Below the pieces are notes generated by a model. It saw nothing but the letters and a program-made list of their open reading frames with translations. It was not told the DNA's origin and searched no databases. The position numbers were made by a program, and so were the translations under genes. A DNA stretch of 64,000 nucleotides from Fibrobacteria bacterium (GTDB taxonomy: Bacteria; Fibrobacterota; Fibrobacteria; UBA11236), in the NCBI GenBank assembly GCA_043745805.1, contig JAYTSD010000029.1, positions 1 through 64,000 of the forward strand. The letters are read 5' to 3'. Shown here piece after piece: positions 10,100-19,973 of the stretch. Position 1 is the first letter of the stretch, and every line of letters starts with the position of its first letter.

Positions 10100-11080
10100 A
10101 TGCTTTTTGATTCTTCCCAATTGACTTTAAAACAAGCAAAGGCCGAAAAAATTAGCGCCAATAATTATACTGTTTTGCCGCAATGGGTGAAACAATTTCC
10201 AGAATTAAAAACTATTAATGCATTAGAATATCTCTCACAGAATAGTCAAAGCTTTCGTTTTGCCGCAAGACTTTTACCCACTCCTAGATTGAAAGAAATC
10301 GCCGGGATTTATTCTTATTGCCGCTTCACAGACGATTTGGTTGATCGCCAAAGTCATTTACCCGTTACCGTATTAAAAAATATTCTTGAGGATTGGAAAA
10401 CGTTATCGTATCAAGCTCATAGCGGAAAACCTACCGGCATAATGCTTATTGATCAAGTTCTCATTGATATGGGTCGTAAAAATATTCCTTTTTTTTATGT
10501 CGAAGAACTGCTCGCCGGAATGCAAATGGACTTGGTAAAAAAATCGTACCGGGATATGGGTGAATTAAAACTTTACACTTTCCGCGTTGCAGGAGTAATT
10601 GGTCAATGGTTAACGGAATGGTGCGGAATAAACGATCCAGTAGTTTTACAACGCGCCGCTGATTTAGGTCATGCCATGCAAATAACCAATATACTCCGTG
10701 ATGTCGGTGAAGATTGGAGGCAAGGTCGATTATACTTGCCAGAACAATTATTAGCTAAACATAAACTTGATGCGCATGCTATAGAAGCCTTGACTTTGAA
10801 TTCTAAATTGATACCCCATAAATATCATGAGTTATTGGAAGAATTAATGTCGCAAGCAGAATATCATTATCAATTAGCTTTTTCAGCGATTCCAGAGTTA
10901 CCTGCATTTTTTAGAAAACCCGCCCTACTCGCAGGTTATATTTACCGAGGAATACATGGCGCCTTACGACGCAATAACTATGACAATTTAAATTGTCGCG
11001 CCATTACTTCTCGATCTCGGAAATTGGCTTTGGCCTTTCTGGCCTATGTGCATCTTCAATCGTTGAAGACAAAAGCATAA
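10100..11080 (+). CDS. crtB: phytoene synthase
   Basis: SQSF, YCRFTDDLVD, QITNILRDVGED, GRLYLP motifs; crt context. Confidence 0.92.
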   Translation: MLFDSSQLTLKQAKAEKISANNYTVLPQWVKQFPELKTINALEYLSQNSQSFRFAARLLPTPRLKEIAGIYSYCRFTDDLVDRQSHLPVTVLKNILEDWKTLSYQAHSGKPTGIMLIDQVLIDMGRKNIPFFYVEELLAGMQMDLVKKSYRDMGELKLYTFRVAGVIGQWLTEWCGINDPVVLQRAADLGHAMQITNILRDVGEDWRQGRLYLPEQLLAKHKLDAHAIEALTLNSKLIPHKYHELLEELMSQAEYHYQLAFSAIPELPAFFRKPALLAGYIYRGIHGALRRNNYDNLNCRAITSRSRKLALAFLAYVHLQSLKTKA

Positions 11081-11084
11081 ATCC

Positions 11085-11804
11085 ATGCGTAGATATTTAT
11101 CGATATTACTTCTATCATTAGCATATTGTAATTTATTAGCAGGTGATAATACTTCTAGTCCAAAAAGTTTACCGGAACAACAAAATATATTTGCTGAAGG
11201 GGTGAGAGAATTAAAACAAATCGAGGATAGTCTTAAAATTTATCCAAATAATGTGAATTTCCATTTAGATAGATTACGCGTACTTTATGTTCTTGGGGTA
11301 AAAGAAAAAGAGTATTTAGAAAAAGGTAAACAAGAATGGAAATATTTATCAACTGATACTTCTCCCTTTCTCTCCAAATCTTCCGTTCTACTGCTAGCCT
11401 ATGAGGGCGCATTAGTTTCCTTAGAATCAAAGCATGCGCTTTGGCCTCCACATCCTAGCAAAATGCAACTTATCAAACCAGGTTTACAAAAACTTGATTC
11501 TGCTGTGAAACTAAATCCCCAGCAAGCTGAGATTCGCTACTTAAGACTGATGACTTGTTATTATTTACCATTTTTTTTAGGGCGAAAAGAAAGTGTAAGA
11601 GAAGACTTTTCTATGCTCGCAAATACATTGCCAGAAAGTCGTAAACTCTTTCCTTCCCGCTGGGTTATTAATATTTCTCAGTTTGTATTAAAACATGGAA
11701 ACTTAACCTTAACAGAAAAAATTACTTTAGCAAATTGTTTAACTCTTGCTCAAGCTGAACAAGATAAATTCAGCCGTAACTTACCAGAGATTAAACATGA
11801 TTAA
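11085..11804 (+). CDS. exported helical (TPR-like) hypothetical protein in the carotenoid operon
   Basis: Signal peptide; LDSAVKLNPQQAEIRYLRL..LPFFLG segment; tightly coupled to neighbours. Confidence 0.7.
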   Translation: MRRYLSILLLSLAYCNLLAGDNTSSPKSLPEQQNIFAEGVRELKQIEDSLKIYPNNVNFHLDRLRVLYVLGVKEKEYLEKGKQEWKYLSTDTSPFLSKSSVLLLAYEGALVSLESKHALWPPHPSKMQLIKPGLQKLDSAVKLNPQQAEIRYLRLMTCYYLPFFLGRKESVREDFSMLANTLPESRKLFPSRWVINISQFVLKHGNLTLTEKITLANCLTLAQAEQDKFSRNLPEIKHD

Positions 11805-12501
11805 GGACAAGCCAAAACTGCATTTTTCTCCTTGGTTGAGCCGTGGTTTTGAAATGGTTTTCGATATTTGGATGAAGTTCAAAATTGGGGATCTTTATTT
11901 TAAAGGGTTAGATCAAAATATTCCCTTACATCAACCCATTCTTATGTTTGCAAATCATTGTAGTAATTGGGATGGTTTTTTATTGAGGGCCGTACAAAAA
12001 CGATTAGCGCCGAATGCCCCGCTTTATAGCATAATGTTGGAAGAAGAGCTACAGCGCTATCCCGTGTTTCGTAAGCTCGGGGGTATTGGAATAAATCCAC
12101 AAAATGGATCTTATATTCGTTTTGCCCTAAGTGCTTTAAAAGAAGAATGCGAAAAAAAGAATCTATTTTTCCTCAGTTATTTTCCACAGGGAAAAATTTG
12201 GCCCGCATATAAAAGACCATTGGGATTTAATCCGGGCATTAGTTTATTCGCCGAAATATTAGCACCTATTACTTTATTACCCATAGCTATCCACATGGAG
12301 CCGATGGGGAAACTCTCACCCAGTTATTTTATTTCCATAGGTAAACCCATTTTGATTGAGTATAGACCTTTGATTAATGACCTTCAAAACATTATTGAAG
12401 ATCAACTCAATGAAATTCAATCTACGCTTTGTGAATACGGAGAGAAACTATCGCCATTATTTCAAAGCAAAAGCGAAATTTTTACTGAGAAAAATAAATG
12501 A
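11797..12501 (+). CDS. PlsC-family acyltransferase, CruD-like carotenoid glycoside acyltransferase
   Basis: NHCSNWDG (NHxxxxD) and FPQG motifs; adjacent to a GT2 gene in the crt operon; ATG at 11797 overlaps the upstream stop. Confidence 0.8.
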   Translation: MIKDKPKLHFSPWLSRGFEMVFDIWMKFKIGDLYFKGLDQNIPLHQPILMFANHCSNWDGFLLRAVQKRLAPNAPLYSIMLEEELQRYPVFRKLGGIGINPQNGSYIRFALSALKEECEKKNLFFLSYFPQGKIWPAYKRPLGFNPGISLFAEILAPITLLPIAIHMEPMGKLSPSYFISIGKPILIEYRPLINDLQNIIEDQLNEIQSTLCEYGEKLSPLFQSKSEIFTEKNK

Positions 12502-13652
12502 CCAACATAACTATGATACAAGTACTTTGGGGATTTTCCATCCTATTACTCAGCTTAATGTTATTGGGTGTTTTATACAATTCTCTTACTGCGCCGCGTT
12601 TAGAAAAAGGCGGAGTTCCCCATTTCTACCCTCTTGTTAGCCTATTAATTCCTGCGCGGAATGAAGAAAATAATTTGCGGATTTTATTACCGCTTTTAGA
12701 AAAACTGGACTATCCTGCCTTAGAAGTTTTAATTCTCGATGACAATTCGCAAGATGCAACTGCAAGTATACTCGCAAATAATTCGATTCCAAACTTAAAA
12801 GTACTTTCCGGAAAATCTATACCTGAGGGTTGGCTGGGTAAAAATTGGGCTTGTCAACAATTAGCAAATGCCGCACAAGGAGAGATATTAATTTTTTGTG
12901 ATGCCGATGTACGTATTGGTGAAAAAGCTATTGAGCAAACTATTGCTTGGATGGAAAAATTAAAACTGGATGCCTTAACTTGTTTACCCCATCAAATTCA
13001 AGGGAGTTGGGCGGAAAAGTCTGTACTACCTGTACTATTGCTAGTCCCTGTATTAGGATTTTTTCCTATCGCCCAGATTTATAAACGTCGTTCGGTAAAT
13101 GTATCGGTGGGCTGTGGACAATGGTTTGCTTTTAAAACCACAAGCTATATTGCAATGGGCCAACATGCTAGTGTTAAGTATGAAGTAGTAGAAGATATAG
13201 CTTTAGGCAAAAGGGTAAAAATTTGTGGATTACGTTTAGGGGCCATGCTTTCAAGTAAGCAATTACAAGTACGTATGTACAACAACGTTAAAGAATTATG
13301 GGAAGGTTTTGGAAAAAATCTTTTTGTAGTGATCGGAAAAAATCCTTTAACCCCTTTTTTAATTTTAATTCCCTTTACGCTGATCAATATTTTACCCTGG
13401 GCTATGGTTTTAATGGGGCAATGCCAATGGCTTTGGCCTTTAAGTTTATTAATAATTATTCGCATTTGGGTGGCTAAAATATTTGGCGAAAAAAAAGTTT
13501 TTAATATTTTATGGCAACCCGTAGGAGCGCTACTCATTCCTATTATCGGAGCTAAATCTTGGATAGGGTATCATCGCAATCAATTAGTTTGGAAAGGGCG
13601 GGTTTTAGATTTAAAGCCAAAAAATAAGCCCGTTAAAGGAAAAATGATATGA
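12498..13652 (+). CDS. GT2 glycosyltransferase, CruC/CrtQ-like carotenoid glucosyltransferase
   Basis: LIPARNEE, DDNSQD, GWLGKNWAC, DAD, VVEDIALG, C-terminal WKGR. Confidence 0.88.
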   Translation: MTNITMIQVLWGFSILLLSLMLLGVLYNSLTAPRLEKGGVPHFYPLVSLLIPARNEENNLRILLPLLEKLDYPALEVLILDDNSQDATASILANNSIPNLKVLSGKSIPEGWLGKNWACQQLANAAQGEILIFCDADVRIGEKAIEQTIAWMEKLKLDALTCLPHQIQGSWAEKSVLPVLLLVPVLGFFPIAQIYKRRSVNVSVGCGQWFAFKTTSYIAMGQHASVKYEVVEDIALGKRVKICGLRLGAMLSSKQLQVRMYNNVKELWEGFGKNLFVVIGKNPLTPFLILIPFTLINILPWAMVLMGQCQWLWPLSLLIIIRIWVAKIFGEKKVFNILWQPVGALLIPIIGAKSWIGYHRNQLVWKGRVLDLKPKNKPVKGKMI

Positions 13653-15190
13653 CAGCAGTTTTGCAAAAACCCCACTCTCAACCAAAAGCGGTTGTTATCG
13701 GATCAGGATTCGGCGGATTGGCAGCCGCGATACGTTTACAGTCACGTGGCTTTCAAGTTACTCTTTTAGAAAAACGGGAACATACCGGTGGTCGCGCCTA
13801 TCGCTTAGAAATGCAGGGTTATACTTTTGACATGGGCCCAAGTCTTATCACCATGCCTTCGCTTTTAGAAAAACTTTTTGTGGCAGCAGGCACTACCTTT
13901 GCCCAAGCTGTCCCTACCCTTGCGCTCGATCCTTATTACCGAATTTATTTTCATGACAAAACCTTTCTAGACTATTCCGGTGATCGTGAAAAAATGATGG
14001 AACAAATGCGCGTCTTTAATCCTAAAGATGCGGCTAATTACGATATCTTTATGCGCGCCATAAAACCTATTTATGAAGCCGTCATCGATAAAGGTTTAGG
14101 TGCCACTCCTTTTGACAATTGGAAAACCATGGCCCGCTTTGTGCCTACGGTAATGCGCTTAAGTGCGTGGAAACCTGTTACCCTTTTTGTGGCTAAATAT
14201 TTCAAAGATTTTCGCAATCGATTTGCTTTCAGCTTTCATCCCTTATACATAGGAGGAAATCCTTTTCGTGCTCCTTCGGTGTATTTAATGATTCCTTTTT
14301 TGGAGAGAAAAGAAGGAGTATGGTATGCGCCTGGTGGCATGTATAGTGTTATCCAAGCTTTAGAAAAAGCCTTTGTGAATATGGGAGGGGTAGTTAAAAC
14401 CAATCACGCCGTCACAGAAATTGTTACCGAAGGTCGCCATGCCCAAGGAGTAAAAGTAAGTAATAATAATAGTACGGTATCCTTTCCTGCAGAACTTATA
14501 GTAAGCAATGCCGACATTACTCACACTTATAGCAAACTTTTGCAAAAAATGTCACGCAAAAAATGGACAGATAAAAAACTTTCTGGCATCGCGCAAACTA
14601 TGAGTTGTTTTTTAATTTTTGTAGGGTTACGTAAACGTTATCCAGAACTAAAACATCATACTCTTATTTTATCCGAACGCTACAAGGGTTTGATTCAAGA
14701 TATTTTTGATCACAAAACCTTGCCGGATGATTTCAGTTTATACTTGCATGCTCCGACACGAACCGATGATAGCATGGCTCCTCCTAACTGCGAAAGTCTT
14801 TTTATTCTTGCGCCCGTTGCTAATTTGGCATCGGGCTTAGATTGGGAAAAAATCAAAACCTCTTATACAGATAAAATTTTGACTTTTCTTGAAGAGTGGG
14901 GATTAAAAGATTTGCACGCCAATATTGAATGTCAAAAGCTTTTTACACCCAATGATTTTTCTCATGAACTCAATGCTACTTTAGGCAATGCCTTTGGTAT
15001 TGAACCAAAACTTTTACAAACCGGCTATTTTAGACCGCATAATCGCAGCGAAGAATTGGATAATCTCTTTTTAGTAGGTGCGGGTACTCATCCAGGAGCG
15101 GGTGTACCAGGGGTGTTACTGTCTGCCGAAGCCACAGAAAACTCCATTATACAACATTTTCCCCATTTAATGAGAGCAAGTAATCCATGA
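13649..15190 (+). CDS. crtI: phytoene desaturase
   Basis: GSGFGGL FAD motif, FDMGPS, RPHN, LVGAGTHPGAGVPGVLLSA. Confidence 0.93.
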   Translation: MTAVLQKPHSQPKAVVIGSGFGGLAAAIRLQSRGFQVTLLEKREHTGGRAYRLEMQGYTFDMGPSLITMPSLLEKLFVAAGTTFAQAVPTLALDPYYRIYFHDKTFLDYSGDREKMMEQMRVFNPKDAANYDIFMRAIKPIYEAVIDKGLGATPFDNWKTMARFVPTVMRLSAWKPVTLFVAKYFKDFRNRFAFSFHPLYIGGNPFRAPSVYLMIPFLERKEGVWYAPGGMYSVIQALEKAFVNMGGVVKTNHAVTEIVTEGRHAQGVKVSNNNSTVSFPAELIVSNADITHTYSKLLQKMSRKKWTDKKLSGIAQTMSCFLIFVGLRKRYPELKHHTLILSERYKGLIQDIFDHKTLPDDFSLYLHAPTRTDDSMAPPNCESLFILAPVANLASGLDWEKIKTSYTDKILTFLEEWGLKDLHANIECQKLFTPNDFSHELNATLGNAFGIEPKLLQTGYFRPHNRSEELDNLFLVGAGTHPGAGVPGVLLSAEATENSIIQHFPHLMRASNP

Positions 15191-15861
15191 ATTATTTGTA
15201 TTTAGAATTGAATTTAATCAGCATTGCCTTTCCTTTGCTTTTTTCTTTCTTTCCTAAAACATATTTTCGAGGGGAATGGAAATATGTATTTCCGGCTATC
15301 CTATTAACCGCCATTCCTTTTTGCATTTGGGACAATATTTTTACCTCGCTGGGATTTTGGGGATTTAATCCAAAATATATTGGCACAATTAAGCTTGCCC
15401 ATTTACCATTCGAAGAAGTTTTATTCTTTCTTGCTATCCCCTATAGCTGTCTTTTCATTTATTTTTTGATTAGAAGAGGCAATCCAAAGTTACCCATAGC
15501 ATTACCTAAAATTTTAGGATTGATTTCCTTCATATTACTTTGCATCGCTCTATGGCATCTTTTAAATTGGTATGCCTCCATTACCTTACTTTTAGCGTCT
15601 ATTCTTATTGGGTATCATGCTTGGAAGCGTCATGCCTATATGCCCGCTTTTATAATCGCTTATGGATATTCTCTAATCCCTTTTGCTTTAGTCAATGGTA
15701 TTCTCACTGGATTGCCGGTAGTATGGTATAACAATGATGTGAATTTGAAAATTCGTATTGGAAGTATTCCCGTAGAAGATTTTATTTATAGCCTGCTTTT
15801 ATTACTCCTCAATGTTACCCTATATGAAGCCATTAAAAAATGGCGCACAAGAATAATTTAA
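15187..15861 (+). CDS. membrane-bound lycopene cyclase (fused CrtYc/CrtYd type)
   Basis: Two repeats ending LPFEEVLFF and IPVEDFIY; WD and NG motifs; hydrophobic. Confidence 0.85.
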   Translation: MNYLYLELNLISIAFPLLFSFFPKTYFRGEWKYVFPAILLTAIPFCIWDNIFTSLGFWGFNPKYIGTIKLAHLPFEEVLFFLAIPYSCLFIYFLIRRGNPKLPIALPKILGLISFILLCIALWHLLNWYASITLLLASILIGYHAWKRHAYMPAFIIAYGYSLIPFALVNGILTGLPVVWYNNDVNLKIRIGSIPVEDFIYSLLLLLLNVTLYEAIKKWRTRII

Positions 15862-15862
15862 T

Positions 15863-16348
15863 ATGCTGTATGCGACCCTCATTATAATCGTCTTTATAAG
15901 TATGGAAGGAATCTCTTGGTTTATGCATAAATATATTATGCATGGCTTTTTATGGTATCTACATGCTTCCCATCACGAGTCACGTCCTGCAACAAAGCAT
16001 AAAAGCTGGCAGCATAATGATTGGTTTGGGATCTTTTTTAGTTTACTCTCGGTTGGCCTATTTTATTTCGGTATAAAAAACTCATGGTTGTTTGCTGTAG
16101 GAATTGGCATTACTCTTTATGGTATGTGTTACCTATTGGTACATGATGTTTGGATACATGGTCGCTTCCATAACTCCCGGACTTTCATCCCCAAAAATGC
16201 TTATGCTCGAAGAATATTGCGTGCTCATCGATTGCATCATGGCCGAAGAACAAAAGAAGCTGGTCTTGCTTTTGGATTTTTATATGCGTCTCAACGCTAT
16301 GAATATTCAGCGAAAACACGAAGAGACGATATTCAAACTAACGACTAA
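15863..16348 (+). CDS. crtZ: beta-carotene hydroxylase (non-heme di-iron)
   Basis: HKYIMHG, HASHH, HDVWIHGR, HRLHH histidine boxes; FGFL. Confidence 0.9.
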   Translation: MLYATLIIIVFISMEGISWFMHKYIMHGFLWYLHASHHESRPATKHKSWQHNDWFGIFFSLLSVGLFYFGIKNSWLFAVGIGITLYGMCYLLVHDVWIHGRFHNSRTFIPKNAYARRILRAHRLHHGRRTKEAGLAFGFLYASQRYEYSAKTRRDDIQTND

Positions 16349-17882
16349 AAGTACCGGCTGATTCTAAAGCTAAAGGTCGTCTATCCATTACAATATTTTT
16401 CTTCGGTGCCGCCAGCGATCCGCGATCCACAACATAGGGCTTACTAGCGATATGATGAAATCTGTCGGCTTGCACCGGAATGTCACCAATAAAAATATGC
16501 GCCGCACAATAGCTTAAATCATGGAAACCAAAATCCACAGAGTAAATAGGATACAGTTTGGAGTATTGATTATTGTCAAAGGAAAGTAAGGAGACATCAC
16601 CCGGCACCGACACATGTACGGCTTTTAACCATAAATAATATTGATGGGCAAAATAATCATTGGGAGCAATAATGGCGGTTACCTTATCTTTACGAATTAA
16701 ATCCAATAAAGAAGGAATGTGTTGCTCTAAACTTCTCGCAGCACTCCATTCCCCACGTGGCTCCTCTCCAGCTTTACGTAAAGTATCTACATAATGCAAA
16801 AATGCCTCGGGTCCTTCCCATGGCTTGGGAAACCATATCGATTCTTTTTGTTCGGTCACGACCATAGATAAATTGGGATGTTCCTTTTCCATAATCTGAC
16901 GGAACATTTCTATGCGATGGGCAATCCAAGGCTGTGCCTCCGATTGTAAATAAGGAAAGCCAATTTTTTTATGTCCTAATTGTTCCAGCGTATTGAGCAT
17001 CATACGTACCGCAAAAGCTTCATCTTTATAACAGCGATAAAAATGTTTACCGCCTTTAATGGCTTTGTAATCCACTTTTTTTCCAAAGCAATCAATATCT
17101 AACCATACGACGGGTTTTTGAAATTGCCCCAACCAACTAATCCATTCCTTTAAGGGTTGGGTTTCAATTTTTTCAAATAAGCAAAGCGTTCCCATATAAC
17201 GGCTGCCTAATTCCTGAATGGTTGTGCGTACATGCTCGGCTTTTTGCGAAACAAATTCCGATTGCGTTGGACCGGTCATCACCAACTCGGTTTTAATTCC
17301 CATGCGCTCAATTTCCAAATAGAAGTTTTGTAAAAATTTACTGGGATGATCTTCATGATAATCCTTGTACCACACTTTAAAATCAGGAACCAACATGAGA
17401 ATAACGGGAGCAAGCCTTGGCGTTTGGGTAACCGAGGAGGTACTGCCAGGTCCAACAATCCATGCTTTTCCACGCTTCCAAACCAATTTATCCTTCTCTA
17501 ATTTTTTTAAAGCGCTACACACCGTCACGGGAGATAAATGTTCACTAATACTGTAATAATTTGTTTTAGGTAAAACTTGGCCGATACGATAAGTACCTTC
17601 CAAAATTCTTCCTTTAATTTTTTCGAAAAGTTTATTTACTGAATTGGGATAGGGATTGGATTCCCTTGGATTTTCGGCATTCAAAACGGAGGTGACTAAA
17701 ATGCCTTTACCCGGAAAGCTTTGCAAAAGCCCTTGATTCGAAAGTAGGCGTATTGCCTTACCCATGGTCACCTTAGAGACGCGATACTGTTCCGCTAAGT
17801 CCTGTAATGGGGGCAAACGTTGCCCCTCTAAGCCTTCAATTCGAATCTTAACTTTGTCAGCAATTTGTTCATGCAATTTCAC
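16338..17882 (-). CDS. transcriptional regulator with two GntR-type wHTH domains and a LacI-type ligand-binding domain
   Basis: GQRLP..LAEQYRVSKVTMGKA..L..PGKG, then GTYRIGQVLP..LSPVTVCSAL..L; C-terminal VPGDVSLLSFDN. Confidence 0.8.
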   Translation of the reverse strand: MKLHEQIADKVKIRIEGLEGQRLPPLQDLAEQYRVSKVTMGKAIRLLSNQGLLQSFPGKGILVTSVLNAENPRESNPYPNSVNKLFEKIKGRILEGTYRIGQVLPKTNYYSISEHLSPVTVCSALKKLEKDKLVWKRGKAWIVGPGSTSSVTQTPRLAPVILMLVPDFKVWYKDYHEDHPSKFLQNFYLEIERMGIKTELVMTGPTQSEFVSQKAEHVRTTIQELGSRYMGTLCLFEKIETQPLKEWISWLGQFQKPVVWLDIDCFGKKVDYKAIKGGKHFYRCYKDEAFAVRMMLNTLEQLGHKKIGFPYLQSEAQPWIAHRIEMFRQIMEKEHPNLSMVVTEQKESIWFPKPWEGPEAFLHYVDTLRKAGEEPRGEWSAARSLEQHIPSLLDLIRKDKVTAIIAPNDYFAHQYYLWLKAVHVSVPGDVSLLSFDNNQYSKLYPIYSVDFGFHDLSYCAAHIFIGDIPVQADRFHHIASKPYVVDRGSLAAPKKNIVMDRRPLALESAGTFSR

Positions 17883-18016
17883 ATTAGCCTCCTGGACTAC
17901 GCCTTTTCCCCTAGTTTCAGGGAAGGTGACACAAGTAGTCTAACTCCATAATGAATTTTGTAGTTGCGACCGTGGGCAAATTCCGTGGGCATTCATTTCC
18001 ACACCTAAGGGTTTTC

Positions 18017-18081
18017 TTGACGTTTGGTGGAAAGTATTGTTAAATTAAAACCTATAATTTCAATAGGTTTAATAGGAATTA
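18017..18081 (+). promoter_or_regulatory. sigma70-like promoter and Rrf2 (CymR/IscR-like) box upstream of the sulfate ABC operon
   Basis: TTGACG at 18017; TGnTAAATT at 18038-18046; inverted repeat AAACCTAT-N7-ATAGGTTT plus extra ATAGGAATT. Confidence 0.55.
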
Positions 18082-18123
18082 AAAACAAGGGTTAAAGTAG
18101 AGGCGTAAATCCTCTTGTATACT

Positions 18124-19158
18124 ATGAAAAAAATTATTGCTACAGGATTATTTTTAGGCCTGTTTATTTGGTTGACTTGGGGTATTCTAAATCAGCCCGC
18201 TTATTTATTACATGTTTCATTTGATCCCACGCGCGAACTTTTTCAAGATGTCAATCAAAGCTTTACACAAAATTATGCTTTATCTCATCATGAAAAAATC
18301 GAAATTCGGCAAAGTCATGCCGGCTCAGGTAAACAAGCACGATCGGTAATAGAAGGTTTGCCTGCGGATATTGTGTCTTTGGCTTTGGCTGGTGATATTG
18401 ATGCTATTGCTAAAAGTGGACGCTTGCCCAAGGACTGGCAAAATCAGCTGCCGCATCATTCTTGCGCTTATACTTCGGTCATTGTATTTCTGGTGCGCAA
18501 AGGAAATCCTAAGCAAATTAAAACCTGGGATGATTTAGGCAAAGCCAATGTAGAAGTAGTAACACCCAATCCCAAAACCTCGGGTGGAGCGCGTTGGAAT
18601 TTTCTCGCAGCTTGGGGAGCCGAATTAGCCTCAGGAAAAAATGATATCGAAGCTAGAATTGCCGTAGAAAAAATTTATGGTAATGTACAAGTTCTGGATC
18701 CTGGAGCTCGCGCCGCCATCGCGACATTCATCAAAAGACGTGGTGATGCTTTAATTACTTGGGAAAGTGATGCCCGATTGGCCGCACAAGAAAACCCACA
18801 AGCCGGTTTAGAAATTATTTATCCGCCTATTACCATTTTGGCAGAACCTAGTTTAGCCTTAGTTAATCAAAATGCTGAAAGACGACAGCATAAAAAATTA
18901 GCTGAAGATTATTTACAATATCTATACACACCTGAAGCACAAAGTCTTATTGCTAAACATAGCTTTCGCCCCGTGAACGATTCTATCGCTCGTCTTTTTA
19001 AAGAACAATTTCCGGTTATTAAAACATTTACCTTGGATCAATATTTCGGCAATTGGACTCTTGCGCAAAAAAGATTTTTTGCTGAAGGCGGAGTTTTCGA
19101 TTCCATTCCTTTGGGTGTTAACCATTCTTCGTCAAAATCGCTGAATACCAAAATATGA
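18124..19158 (+). CDS. sbp: sulfate ABC transporter substrate-binding protein
   Basis: VSFDPTRELF, SHAGSGKQAR, PNPKTSGGARW. Confidence 0.93.
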   Translation: MKKIIATGLFLGLFIWLTWGILNQPAYLLHVSFDPTRELFQDVNQSFTQNYALSHHEKIEIRQSHAGSGKQARSVIEGLPADIVSLALAGDIDAIAKSGRLPKDWQNQLPHHSCAYTSVIVFLVRKGNPKQIKTWDDLGKANVEVVTPNPKTSGGARWNFLAAWGAELASGKNDIEARIAVEKIYGNVQVLDPGARAAIATFIKRRGDALITWESDARLAAQENPQAGLEIIYPPITILAEPSLALVNQNAERRQHKKLAEDYLQYLYTPEAQSLIAKHSFRPVNDSIARLFKEQFPVIKTFTLDQYFGNWTLAQKRFFAEGGVFDSIPLGVNHSSSKSLNTKI

Positions 19159-19973
19159 AAAGCAGAACTTCCCTTATACCTGGCTTTAGACTTACTTTAG
19201 GATTTAATCTCTTTTATATTGGCTTACTTATTCTGTTACCCATTGCGGCCTTATTACTCAAAGCAACGCATATACCATGGGTTACCTTTTGGTCAACGGT
19301 TTCCAGCCCCCGAGCCTTGGCCGCTTATCGACTCACCTTTACCACGTCCTTTGCCGCTGCAATCATTAGTGGGGTAACCGGTTTTTTAATTGCTTGGGTA
19401 CTTATACGTTACCCCTTTCCTGGACGTAAGTTTTTGGATGCCATAATTGATTTTCCTTTTGCATTGCCAACGGCCGTGGCCGGATTAACCTTTGCCGATT
19501 TATACTCTCCACAAGGTTGGATGGGGAAAGGCTTAAGTCACTTAGGGATTACCGTAACTTATACGCCTCTAGGCATTATTTTGGTTTTGGTTTTTGTAGG
19601 CTTACCTTTTGTGGTTCGTAGTTTAGAGCCGGTATTGATGGATATGGAAGCCGAGTTCGAAGAAGCTGCCGCTAGCTTAGGCGCAAATCGTTGGCAAGCC
19701 TTTAGATATATCATTTGGCCCACCCTTTTTCCCGCTTGGATTACTGGCCTGGCGTTAGCATTTGCACGTTCCGTGGGAGAATACGGATCCGTAGTGTTTA
19801 TCGCTGGTAATTTACCGATGAAAACCGAAATTGCGCCCTTACTTATTATGGCGCGACTGGAACAATTCGACTATGCTGGCGCTACAGCCATAGCCACCGT
19901 GGTATTATTCGTTTCTTTCGCTTTATTATTTTTGTTGAACTCCTTAGAAAAATGGAGAACACGAAGTGCCTAA
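19155..19973 (+). CDS. cysT: sulfate ABC permease CysT/CysU
   Basis: DFPFALPTAVAG, EEAAASLGA, GEYGSV. Confidence 0.93.
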   Translation: MKSRTSLIPGFRLTLGFNLFYIGLLILLPIAALLLKATHIPWVTFWSTVSSPRALAAYRLTFTTSFAAAIISGVTGFLIAWVLIRYPFPGRKFLDAIIDFPFALPTAVAGLTFADLYSPQGWMGKGLSHLGITVTYTPLGIILVLVFVGLPFVVRSLEPVLMDMEAEFEEAAASLGANRWQAFRYIIWPTLFPAWITGLALAFARSVGEYGSVVFIAGNLPMKTEIAPLLIMARLEQFDYAGATAIATVVLFVSFALLFLLNSLEKWRTRSA

